Shown piece after piece: positions 24,440 to 36,290 of a DNA stretch of 64,000 bases; position 1 is the first letter of the stretch, and each line of letters begins with the position of its first letter. The DNA lies in the NCBI RefSeq assembly GCF_018350175.1, contig NC_058368.1:143656001-143720000 (forward strand). The letters are read 5' to 3'. The translations under genes and the position numbers were made by a program. This DNA is from Felis catus. Taxonomy: Eukaryota. A model generated the notes under the pieces. The model was not told the origin of the DNA. It did not search any database and saw nothing but the letters and a program-made list of their open reading frames with translations.

Positions 24440-25160
24440 CCAGTCGCCCTAAGGCAGAAACTCCTGACACCGGGGCTGAATCCCTCTCCGGAGGTCTAGC
24501 CGAGGAAGCGCGCGCCAGCTACCCAGCTTTCGGGGACTTTGTTCCCCCAAAGGTTCGGGGGATGCAGAGCGGGGCGCGTGCGCAGCCTGCTTTGGTGTTA
24601 AGCTCCACCGCCCAGAAAGCTTTGCAAGGCTGAGTGGGCTCGCAGGCAAGCGGAGAAGCCTTGACTCTCCCGCCAAGGCCTCGGCGGGGTCACAAGCCAG
24701 GCTTTTGACTCCACGGGAGGGAACCCAATGTGGTACAGCGAGAAGCGCCCCGGCCGGTCTCGGCCCTGCAGCGCCGCAAGGAACCGCGGCGAGCAGCGGA
24801 GGCCTGGCCCAGCCAGCCTCGCGCTCTGGCCCCGCCCATCTTTCCTGCGCCCTGGTCCGCGAGGCGGCCTCACCATCACCACCAGGGACTCGCTGTGCAC
24901 CGATGGGAGCCCCCAGCCACCTCCCCAGCAACTGAGCTCCAAGGGGGCCGCCATCTTGCCGGGGCCGACCTTTGTTACCCCGGAAGTACTTAGACGCTCA
25001 ATTTCCGGCCCGGTGAAACACAGGGCGGGGCGAGAGGAGGGAAGGGTACCTTTAGACTGTGAAATGCGTCAAGAGGTGGAGGGGTTAAAAGCTCTCTTAG
25101 CCTCAGCTTGGCCTGATGGCTAGGAGTCTTGGCCCTTGAGTTAGAACCCCCGCCCTCCCC
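24440..25160. promoter_or_regulatory. CpG-island promoter of MTX3 (TISU/YY1, ETS/GABP, GC box, NRF1-like site)
   Basis: High GC and CpG density; CAAGATGGCGGC (minus, 24947-24958); CCGGAAGT 24980-24987; GGGCGGGGC 25023-25031; TGCGCACGCGC (minus, 24574-24584). Confidence 0.88.
24874..24954 (-). CDS. MTX3: Metaxin-3 coding exon 1 ([27 protein letters not shown])
   Basis: Recognisable metaxin N-terminus; ATG at 24954 in a CpG island; donor ATG|GTGAGG; 81 nt, phase 0. Confidence 0.97.
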
Positions 25161-25629
25161 GAGAGTCTTAAAATATTTATAGGTACCTAAAGTGCTCCGA
25201 GCCCTTTGAGAATTACTACCTTGGGCTTCAATTAAGCCATCTGTAAAATAGACATGATTGTTGTGTTTAAAATTATGACACAGGGAGAAATAATTTGACA
25301 TACAGTAGGCACTCAACAGTTCAACTCTTTCCTCCGTATATTTGGCTTTTGTCTCTTTCCACTCTGAATTATGTCACCCTCAAGTTCACTTGGTCTGCTC
25401 TCCTTAAAAGTAATCCTATCCCTGAAATTTGTGAAGTGAATTGCCTTTTTTCAATCTGGAATATCTCCTTTTCCCTGCCATTGCTCCTTCAAAAGTGACC
25501 TTAGATGTGACCTTCTGCGGGATGATTTTACAAAGTTAGGAAGTTCCTTGTACATACTTAAATTGTAGCTTCTATTCCATACAGATTTTTTGCCTTTCAC
25601 TATCCTTGAAAACTCCTTGAAGATACAAA

Positions 25630-25800
25630 AGGACTGGCTTCATAGATGTGAGACCTGTGCAGTCACCCAAGGCCCCATGCTTAGAAGGGCCCACAGTTGA
25701 CTTACTGTTCTGCTACCATTGTCTTGAAATTCTTAACTTTTGAACAAGAGCCTTCCATTTTTATTTTCTGTTGGGTCCTAGTGATTGTAAAGCCAATTGA
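25630..25800 (+). mobile_element. MER91-like hAT fossil
   Basis: gacctgtgcagtcacccaaggccccatgcttagaagggccc...gtcttgaaattcttaa resembles MER91A. Confidence 0.65.
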
Positions 25801-25822
25801 GTCTGTGGGCATGAACTAAATG

Positions 25823-25895
25823 TTTGTTTTTTGGTTTTGGTGTGTTGTTTTTTTTTTTGTTTTTTTTTGTTTTTTTTGTTTTGTTTTGTTTTTTT
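25823..25895 (+). repeat. T-rich (TTTTG)n low-complexity tract
   Basis: Direct reading. Confidence 0.9.
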
Positions 25896-27769
25896 AACAT
25901 CAAACTGACAGTTTCTCAGAGAAACTGTCAAAGAGGAAAAATGGGCCTTCAGAATGCCATGATTCTAACATGCTTACAGAGTGTGGGAGTTATGCCTTGG
26001 GTGCTGGATCTTCTAGAAGGCACAACAGTCTTTCTAGGGTACCCTCTCAGTCACTTCTCTGAATTCTTTGCCTTCCTCTGTTTCACTAAGTTAGTTGGGT
26101 CCCCTTAAGTAACTGAAAGCTCAAAAGAAACCTCTGCAAATTTTCATAAAATTATAATTCGACATATAATTGCTAGGTACTCCCTAGGGTTACAAGGTTT
26201 ATATAGCTTATATGGTTATCTAAATTTTTCCTCTTTCGAATGCAAGAGTTCTCAGAAATGAGAAGGGTAAAGTATGTCAATGGTGAGAATCCATTAAAAA
26301 TACTTTATAAATGGGAAATGCTTAACATATGTACCATTGAAACCAAGTATCAAAACATTTATTGAGTAGTTACTGTATGCAAGACACAGTAACGCTCTAG
26401 GAGAATACAGAGATAAATAAGACATGAACTCTATCCTCAGGAATTTATAGTGCACAAACGAAAGATACAACTAAGGGTAACAAGTCATATTATCATGAGT
26501 AAAGTCAGAGATATAAATGAAAATACTATAGAAGCACAAACCAGAAAGGATGCATTCTCTGTGTGATCAGTGGAGGTTGTCTCTTCAGCCTTCAGAGTAA
26601 AGAAAGTAATTCAACTTTCAGACTCAAGAAATAAGACCTCCCTGTTTTGAGGTTAAAATCTTAATCCATAAAGCTCAGAGTCCATATACTGCAACCGAGC
26701 ATTTAAACTGTGAATGCCCTGAGTCTTGTTTGCAAGGTGGAGGGGGGTGGGCAGTGGATGCACATTTTTTTGTGGACACATAATATAATTACTCAGTTCA
26801 GCCTTCTCCCTTATTTCTGATGTTACATATGACAATTTCATTTGCATTAAAGAGAAATTAAATATTTCCTCTTAGCATTGCATTCAGACAGAATAGCATG
26901 CTAATGCATCTGATGAGAAAATCCTTACACACAGGTTTATCTGTGTCTATTTAATAGCAATCTTTTATTGTTGCAATTCCTCCTGAGAGTCTGTATTTGC
27001 TAGGTTGAATTTTAAAACCCTAGCGCAGCTGATTGCACAACCAGGCTGAATGTTGTTCCAGAGAACCACACAGAAAGCTGAAACCTTCAGGAATTATGCC
27101 TGGTATGGATAGTTGGCCCCTGTGCCTTTTTTGGCTGCTAAAGCGTGTTGTTCAGAGTTCATCAAAATCATAATTTCAGATTCCTACCAGGAAGCATATT
27201 ATCTGCAAAGAATTCACATATGTGTGGGATAACTTGAATCACAGCTTTATAATGAGTATTCCAGACAATGTTTTCCCTTAAAAAGAAATATTATTTTTGA
27301 AAAGAAGGACATTAAAAAGGGCCTCATCTAGTGACAGTCATGTGAACTCAGGGGACCTGACCTTGGCATCCATTTGTATCCTTCATGTGTTTCCTAACTT
27401 GAAAGCCATGGTGTAAGTTCTATTAGGATCTTTTTGTTTGGGTGATTAAGACTCTGTGAAATGCCCCTGTCAACAAAGATGAAAGTTTTGTGATAAGTGA
27501 TCAGATAATAATGGTCCTTTGTGGAAAAGGTAAACCAAACAGCCTTGACTATCTCTTTCCACTCTGAACATCTATAATTTAGTTCCGTGTTCGGGTATAA
27601 AATCCTTGGGGAGGAAAAGCAAACACTGAGTAGAAGTCAGGAGTGTTGGTTTCTTACTTTGCCTCTAATTAACGATAAGACCTTAAGCCAATCATTTGAC
27701 CTTTATTACTCAACTCATTCACTTATAAAGTAAGTGAGATACTGAAATACTATCATGCTATGTGTGGTA

Positions 27770-28025
27770 AGCATTTAATAATAGTTAACATTCTTGCAAC
27801 AATTTCTACATGACAGAAACTGTTCTTTGTATCTGACATAACTCATTTGATCTTCATGATGACTCCATAAGGTAGGTAATGTTATGTTCTCCTGTTTCCA
27901 AGGAGAGAAATTAAGGCACAAAGATGTTCATTAACCTTCCCAAGTTCACCTAGCCAGTAAGTGACAGAAGTAGGATTTGAACCCAGGTAGTCTGGGCTCA
28001 TACTCTTAACCACTGTGTCATACTG
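27770..28025 (-). mobile_element. MIR
   Basis: cccaagttcacctagccagtaagtgacagaagtaggatttgaacccagg core. Confidence 0.75.
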
Positions 28026-28746
28026 CTGGTAGCCTTCTAAGTAGTCCATTAAAAATCCTAGCTTCAGTCAAAATAAACCTATCAATGCCATGATAGTACT
28101 ATCATTACCTGTTTTAGTAATATTTTTTGGTATTAATCCATTAAATAATTTCCTTAAGCAATTTCTGTATGCCCAGCACATTGCTGGGCTATCAGGGAAT
28201 AATAACTTATGTTCACGCTTTCCTAGGGATAGTTGATAAAACAAGGCCTACATGTTTGAGGTAAGTAGAGGTGATTAGGAGTACCATTTTGTCCAGCAGA
28301 CCACAAGTCCAATGTGATTTTAGACAAGAGACTTTAACATACTGCACTGCATGGCAAAGGCCTAGTGGAAGAAGTGGGACTTCAGCTGACCTGGCAGGAA
28401 GGACGGCTACATTGGATTTAGATTGGCACAGGGAAGAGATTCCACATGAGCTATGCTACCTTAGTCAAGGCATAGTGCTGGGAATGATTATGGCAAAGAA
28501 TCTTCAGTAAATGGATGCTGCATTTGATAACAAGACTGATCGGGATGTTGACTGACTAACTTAAGAACCAGAACTGGTGATGTTGGAAGGCATGGATATA
28601 TGTAGTTTTGAGAAAGTAAAAAAGAAGAGTAAAAGTCTGAATACAATATTAACAGACACATGTAGTCATGGATAGAAGGTGGGATGCTATCGTCTCATGG
28701 ACACCGTAGGAGGAAGGGCTTTATGAACCTATCAATTGTACTAATT

Positions 28747-28960
28747 TTTTTTTCAACATTTATTTATTTTTGGGACAGAGAGAGACAGAGCATGAACGGG
28801 GGAGGGGCAGAGAGAGAGGGAGACACAGAATCGGAAACAGGCTCCAGGCTCTGAGCCATCAGCCCAGAGCCCGACGCGGGGCTCGAACTCACTCACGGAC
28901 CGCGAGATCGTGACCTGGCTGAAGTCGAACGCTTAACCGACTGCGCCACCCAGGCGCCCC
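28747..28960 (-). mobile_element. Young Can-SINE (SINEC_Fc)
   Basis: CpGs intact; perfect TSD tcaattgtactaatt. Confidence 0.95.
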
Positions 28961-30209
28961 TCAATTGTACTAATTGAAGGAAAATGTTGTGGCAAATGAA
29001 GTGAGGAAATGAGGCTGAGTATTAATAGAAGAAAATCAACTGGCACCCTTGTGCTGAGCATTTTTCATTGAATAGGTTGTTAGAAACCAAACTGGAAGGG
29101 ATTGTTGAAGAAAATGTTATTAGGAACAGGGGCAAGGAAAAGACCATAAGGCATGTGACAGATGAAGGAAAGAATGGGACGGGAGCAGATGACTCAAGAT
29201 AAATGTTTTGGAGGAGATGACAAGGTGAATCTACATACATATGAAGACAAAATTGGCTACTAGTGAGCAAAAGCCTAAAGATGCCAGATAGAAAGATGCC
29301 TTGTATCCTATTCTTAGAGTTCTCAGAATTACCCTAAGAGTTGAGAGCCTGAGATCGGGAGTATGAGCAGTGTAGCTGGCACTGAAAATGAGAGAGGCTT
29401 TCTTTCTGACACCAAAGGAAGTTTCAAGGACAGCATGGGATCCTGAGTTAGCCCAAGCCAGTTACCTTCAAATTTCTGTCTTACATTAGAAAAAAATCAA
29501 AAGAGCCTGAAAGAGAGATTGGGGCTTCAGAAAGAAGGACGACAATTTAGAGAATGTACCGGTGAGTTAGTAAAAAGTGAACGGAAGCGTTGCTGACAGT
29601 GGCAAAGGTCAAATTTAAATTAGTGTGAAGGAGATAAATCAAGTGAGAGTCATGGACAGGCTAATAATTAGGCATCCTTTCAGTTATTATTTAAATATTC
29701 ACCATTTTTCAAAAACTGTAATGTTGGTAGCTAGAGAACATAACAGGATCAATTTAAATTTTAATCTTTCCATCTGTTAAAAGTCCTACATGGAAACCTA
29801 GGCTTTAGTACCACTTCAAGTTTGCTCCAGAGGATTGCACAGAGAGGAGGGAAAGGATCCTAGGAATTGTGTGAAGACGGAACTTATGGATTCAGTGGGG
29901 CTCAGCCATCTTTATGTCTTGCTAAGTTAGCACAGTTGTGTGGCTTCCTCCAGTGGTACTTTGTGGCCCAGAAGTTTAAATAGGGGGTCAGCTTCATTTA
30001 TTCATTTAGTATCAAGGCTATCAGGCAGTGGTATGTATTGTAAGGGATTAGTTTTGTTTCTCCAGCATAGTGAACCTGATGTCTGTGTTTTGTATGAAAA
30101 AGAATTAGATACAACAAAAATAGTAGTGTTATCTGACATAGCAATCAAACAGGAAAATTATATTTTAAAAGTGAAGATGGTGAAGAGTCTTCAAAGGAAA
30201 TAAGGTGTG

Positions 30210-30965
30210 TATACCTCCTCAAAGTGGTAAAGAACTATATACCAGTAGACTGTGACAAGTTATATATGTATATTGTAATGCCTAGAGCAACCACTAAGAA
30301 AAGTATACAAAGAGATATACTCAAAAACACTGAATAAATCTAAATAGAATTCTAAGAAATGTTAAGACAAAAAACTGCACACATGTCCATTAGCAGCTTC
30401 ACTCATGATTGCAAAAAACTAGAAACAGCTCAAATGTCCTTCAGTAGGTAAATAGTTAAACAAAGTAGCTCATCCTTACTCAACAGTAAAGAGGAACGAA
30501 CTACTGATACACACACAACAACTTAGATGAATCCAGAAACAATTATTCTGAGCGAAGAAAATAAAACTTCACAATGTTTCACAGTGTATGATTTCAACAG
30601 ATTAGTGGCTACCAGAGGTTGGGGATGGGGGTGATGGGCTGGGTGAGTCCACAAAGGGATAGCTTAAGAGCCTGGTAGTAATGAAGTGATTTTGTATCTC
30701 AGTTGTGGTGGTTACTCAAATCTGCACATGATAAAACTACATAGAACTATATACACATAGGCACATGCAAATGAGTGTGTAAAACTAGTGAAATCTGAAA
30801 AGGCTCCACGGGTTGTACCAATGTTAATTTCCTGTTTTTCTGTTGTATTAGATGCAAGATGTTGTCATTGGGGAAAACAGTATGAAGGGTATACAGAAGC
30901 TCCCTTTACATTTGTTTTGCAACTTCCTATGAATCTATACTTATTTGAAAATAAAAAGATTTTTT
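30210..30965 (+). mobile_element. Old L1 (L1M-type) fragments
   Basis: cctagagcaaccactaag, caaatgtccttcagtagg, gattagtggctaccagaggttgggg motifs. Confidence 0.65.
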
Positions 30966-30976
30966 TAAAGAATTAT

Positions 30977-31208
30977 GGGCCTCTGGGTGGCTCACTGGGT
31001 TAAGCATCCGACTTCAGCTCAGGTCATGATCTCACAGTTCGTGGGTTCAAAGCCCCACATTGAGCTCTGTGCTGACAGCTCAGAGCCTGGAGCCTGCTTC
31101 AGATTCTGTGTCTCCCTGTCTCTCTGCCCATTCCCCACTTGCACTCTGTCTCTCTCTTTCTCTCTCTCTCTCTCTGTCTTTCAAAAATAAACATTAAAAA
31201 AAATTTTA
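30977..31208 (+). mobile_element. Can-SINE (SINEC_Fc-like)
   Basis: Head, CT tract, A tail. Confidence 0.9.
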
Positions 31209-31649
31209 AAAAGAGTTATGATGTAATAGTGTGTGATGCAAAAAAGAAAAAATTCGTATATAAAATGTCCAGAATCCTCAACCACATGGCAACTAAAAAT
31301 GTAGACTATCTGCCTTCATGGACCTTTGTACTTAGGACATCCTTTCATCAACAGAGTCATGCCATTTATATGTTTTCCCAGAAGAGGTGTTGAGCTACAT
31401 TCAACCAACCCCACAGCTCTCCATAATCAATAATGATGAATAAGGATGGACAACTGGGATTAAGGAGCTCTGCAGGACACAATCTTAGCACCAGATAAAC
31501 TTCCCTATACCACTGGGGTTCAGTCAACCTTGGAACTTCTGTATGACCTACAAATAATCCAGCTACGTCTATTTTGGCTAAAGATATAGTTTTGAGTTTT
31601 CTTTAAGAAAAGAAAAGTGATGCATAAAGTTGCATAGATTCAGTTCACG

Positions 31650-31940
31650 GATATAAAGGAATTATATATTAAATACAATATATAATATATGTATAAAGGA
31701 ATTTATATACATACATACATAAACTTATATATGTGCATATAAATATACATACATTATGTTATATATGATTATATTAATATAATTGTTATAACAATAAAGT
31801 TATATTTAATATAGTGTATATTCACTATAATTTTTGTATTAATTGATAACTTAAGTATTAATTATTATATTAGATATAATAATTATATTACTTAGAATCA
31901 TATACATGTAATTTTATATGTACATAAATTCCTTTATGTT
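31650..31940. repeat. AT-rich imperfect palindrome
   Basis: 21-bp inverted arms 31693-31713 / 31917-31937 (20/21 match). Confidence 0.8.
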
Positions 31941-32066
31941 TCTTCCATTGAATTAGCTCATTTTACAAGGGGGAAAATCATTAAATTCACATGCCTCATT
32001 TTTTATGGTAGTTATTAAAAAGCTATAAAGTACCATCTTTGTAAATATTTAAAAATGAGTATATAA

Positions 32067-32279
32067 GGGGCGCCTGGGTGGCGCAGTTGGTTAAGCGTCT
32101 GACTTCGGCCAGGTCACGATCTCGCGGTCCGTGGGTTCGAGCCCCGCGTCAGGCTCTGGGCTGATGGCTCAGAGCCTGGAGCCTGTTTCCGATTCTGTGT
32201 CTCCCTCTCTCTCTGCCCCTCCCCCGTTCATGCTCTGTCTCTCTCTGTCCCAAAAATAAATAAAAGTTGAAAAAAAAAT
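32067..32279 (+). mobile_element. Young Can-SINE (SINEC_Fc)
   Basis: CpGs intact; TSD tttaaaaatgagtatataa. Confidence 0.95.
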
Positions 32280-33131
32280 TTTAAAAATGAGTATATAAAA
32301 TAATCCTAGGTATTTCCAGAACTTAAGTCACTCATGATATTGTTAAGTTTTTAGGGAGCTGCATTAACTTTCCCAGATCAATAGGCTACCATTAACAGTG
32401 AAAGACAAAAAAAAAAAAATCCTACCTTGTGAAATCTTGAGATCTGGATAAGTAGTCATTCATTTGAGGGATTCTTTGCTTTATACATTAAGTTGTTTTA
32501 AATAGCAAAACCCAGTAGCATTTTTAAATAGCTCATAAATACAAATTCTGTCTATACACAATCATATCAGTTGTGTAAAATGACACATATCTGGTCTGAT
32601 ACCCTACTTCATGGAACCTCCTCTTGAAATAACCATTACTTACATAAATGTTTTAAATGTTATCTTAGCAGGCTAAAAGGAACTAGTGTATATTCTGAGT
32701 AATGGAAGTGATTTAGGATGAGGAAAGGACAGAATCCAACACATTTGAAATGATGTCACAGGACAGTTTTACATGTGTGTACTGTTTACAGCTCTTGAAA
32801 TCCTTTTGTTCTCCATATTCATCAAAGGTCTGAGGCAACAACATTAAAACCAAGCCAAAAGGTATACTGAGTAGGTATATAAAAGAATGGAATGTATGTT
32901 CACTATTTGACAATATGTCTCTATGTAAAAACTTGTGAATTATTATTAACTTGTATTATTGTATCTACTCACACCCTATGGTTGCTTGCACATCATGCTG
33001 CACTGACTTTCGACTTCAAATGCAGGGGCTAAGTCTTATATCCTCCACAGCCAACAAGCACATCATAGATGTTCATAGTTGATGGCGTTCCCCTAACGGG
33101 AAGGGAAGGACACCAAACATGTTCAACTATT

Positions 33132-33334
33132 TTTTTTAATGTTTATTTATTTTTGAGAGAGAGACAGAGCATGAGCAGGGGAGGGGCAGAGAGAGAGGGA
33201 AACACAGAATCTGAAGCAGGCTCCAGGCTCTGAGCTGTCAGCAAAGAGCCCGATGCGGGGCTCGAACCCTCAAGCCATGAGATCATGACCTGAGCTGAAG
33301 TCAGGCGCTTAACTGACTGAGCCACCCAGGTGCC
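33132..33334 (-). mobile_element. Can-SINE (SINEC_Fc-like)
   Basis: TSD acatgttcaactatt. Confidence 0.92.
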
Positions 33335-33364
33335 ACATGTTCAACTATTAAAAGAGTGAATCTT

Positions 33365-33547
33365 GGGGTGCCTGGGTGGCTCAGTCAGTAAAAGTCAGAC
33401 TTAGACTCAGGTCATGATCTCATGGTTCATGGGTTCAAGCCCCACATCCGGCTCTGCGCTGACAGCTCAGAACCTGAGGCCTGCTTTGGATTCTATCTCT
33501 CCTTCTCTCTGTCTCTCTCTCTGCCCCTTCCCCACTTGCTTGTTCTC

Positions 33548-33578
<31 letters not shown>

Positions 33579-33660
33579 TGTTTCCTCTCTCTCTCAAAAA
33601 TAAGTAAACTTTAAAAAGAAGAAAGAAAACTTAAGCCTAGTTAACAAATCAAACAAACAA
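33365..33660 (+). mobile_element. Can-SINE (SINEC_Fc-like) with long CT tract and extended tail
   Basis: Imperfect TSD aaaagag(tg/ca)aatctt. Confidence 0.88.
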
Positions 33661-35065
33661 AAAAGAGCAAATCTTTTAAAAGAGCAAAAATTGCTTCCTC
33701 AATTTCCAAAGTCTCAGACTCACCCATTCCATCCCATCACAATGTCTGCCCCTTCTTACAGTGGTTTCCTCTGAGGGCTGTGTTCTATCTTTCCATTGCA
33801 TCTTTCCTCCACTTCTGGAACCTTTTTTCCTTTTGCTGTCTCCTGTCTCTACAAGGCATATCCATCCATTAGCTTCCTGATACTTTATGCTTTCTATTAC
33901 TGCCACCACAGTCTTCCGCTCTGCACATCTGAATCCATCATGTGAATGAGACAATAAGACTATTCTGTGAATAAATACAATTAATGTGCTTTTCTTCCTC
34001 TTTGTTGGAGTAGATAATTAAGTGACCTTGAACTCTCATGCAAATCATGTTAGTCATGCAAGACTAACTAAATGCTGGAAACGAACAGGATAAAGGAAAG
34101 TGAGCAAAGCAAGTCCAGAGGATATTCTCTTGGGTGTATTTTCCAGTGTGGAACAGTGACTCAGTATGAATATCCAGGGCAGTGCTTCCAAGAACATGTA
34201 TGTGTGTGCAGTGGGGGAAGTGTTACAAGGCAGGAATTGTGGTAGAAGCTTCCTCAGGCAAAAGAAATATTCTCAAGCGGGTCTCTACTTTGAAGAAAAA
34301 AATCTCTCTGATCTTTTTATGTGTAGAGGTATTCATTATGTATGTGAGCCTGTTTTTAAAATAGTGTATTTTTAAATTCATTCTTCTTTAAAATAATTTG
34401 TACTTGGAGATATGGCCAACAGTTTATAAAAATTAAAAGAGACCAATTGACTCTCAATTAAACTGCTCATCCGATCCATAAGTATCCTCCCTCTATTTGG
34501 ATTTCAAAAGCCAAATGGTGTCTTCAAATTGGCAAATATAGTTGCAATTCTGTTGAACATATTTTTCCATGAAAAATGTTATGAGTACAAAAACAACATC
34601 TTAGAGGTGACTGTCAATACATATTTTCCTTGCAAGTACTCTGTATTTGTTTCTTTATTTTAGGAAAACCTTAAGAGAAGGTTGGGTAACAGAATTAGCA
34701 GTAGCATTCTTGAATCTTTCCTCACAATAACCCTAGGGATAGTATTATACTCATTTTATAGGTATATCCCTTTCAATCCAACAAACATTTATTGAGTTTA
34801 CTAAATGCCAGCACAGGTAATGCCAAGGTAAATAAGATGTAGTTCTTGTTACTGAGTGGCTTACATCGGAGAAGATAAGCATATAACATGCATTCTGTGC
34901 AGCTTGTGCTCATTGGGATAAATTCAAGGTATTATGGGACTATAGGGGAATGATAATTCACCCATCTGCAGAGGGCTTGGAGGTGAAGTGGGATCAGACA
35001 AGTACTCTCGGAGGCAGTTGGCCAGGAAGGAGTTCCCAGCAGAGACAGTAGCCCCAATGGAGTAT

Positions 35066-36290
35066 AACCTATTGAATGAAAGAAGATATTTTCAAATGAC
35101 ACATCTGATACAGGGTTAATAGCCAAAATATATGAAGAACTTATATAACTCAACACCCCAAAAACAAATAATCCAATTAAAAATGGGAAGAAGACATGAA
35201 CAGACATTTCTCCAAAGAAGACAGCCAATAGACACATGAAAAGATGCTCAATATCACTCATCATCAGGGAAATGCAAATCAAAACTACCTGTTATAACCT
35301 GTCAAGGCTAAAATTAAAAACACAAGAAAAAAGTATTGGTGAGAATGTGGAGAAATAGGAACCCTCATGTACTGTTGGTAGGAATGTAAACTGGTGCAGT
35401 CACTGTGGAAAACAGTATGGAGGTTCCTCACAAAACTAACAATCGAACTACCCTATGATCCAGTAATCACACTACTGAGTACTTACCCAAAGAATAAGAA
35501 AACACTAACCCAAAGAGATATATGCATCCCTAAGTGTATTGCAGCATTATTTACAATAACCAAATTGTTGAAACAATCTAAGTGTACATTGATAGATAAA
35601 TGGATAAACGAGATTATATATATCATATATATATGATATATACAGATATTATGTCTATAAAGCATTACAATGGAATATTCTTCAGCCATAAAAAAAGAAT
35701 TAAATCTTGCCATTTGTAGCAACATGGGTGGAGCAGAGTATTATGCTAAGTGAAATAAGGCAGTCAGAGAAAGACAAATACCATATGAGCTCACTCATAT
35801 GTGGAATTTAAGAAACAAGACAAATGAACAAAGGAAGAAAAAAAGAGACAAACCAAAAAACAGACTTTTAACCATAGAGAACAAACAAAGAAGATGTAAG
35901 GGGGGGTGGGAGGGTGAAATAGGTAAAGCGGATTAAGAATATACTTTTCCTGGGGTGCCTGGGTGGCTCAGTTGGTTAAGCATCCACTCGGCTCGGGTCA
36001 TGATCTTACAGGTGGTGGGTTTGAGCCCCATGTCAGGCTCTGTGCTGACAGCTCAGAGCCTGGAGCCTGCTTCGGATTCTGTGACTCCCTCTCTCTCTGC
36101 CCCTCCCCTGCTCATGCTCTGTCTCTATTTCTCTCAAAAATAAATAAACATAAAAAATTTTAAAAAAAAGAGTACACCTCTCTTGCTGAGCACTGAATTA
36201 TATATGGAATTGTTGGATCACTATATTGTACATCTGAAATGAATATAACACTGTATATTAACTATACTGGAATTAAAATTGTTTAAAAAG
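35066..36290 (+). mobile_element. 5'-truncated carnivore L1 (ORF2 C-terminus + 3'UTR) containing a SINE at 35952-36168
   Basis: ORF2-like [22 protein letters not shown] translation; L1 3'UTR motifs. Confidence 0.9.

Noticed and set aside
24449..25316. Several 76-160 aa ORFs on both strands at the MTX3 start
   Set aside because: Stop-poor GC-rich CpG island; only the 27-codon MTX3 exon 1 is supported
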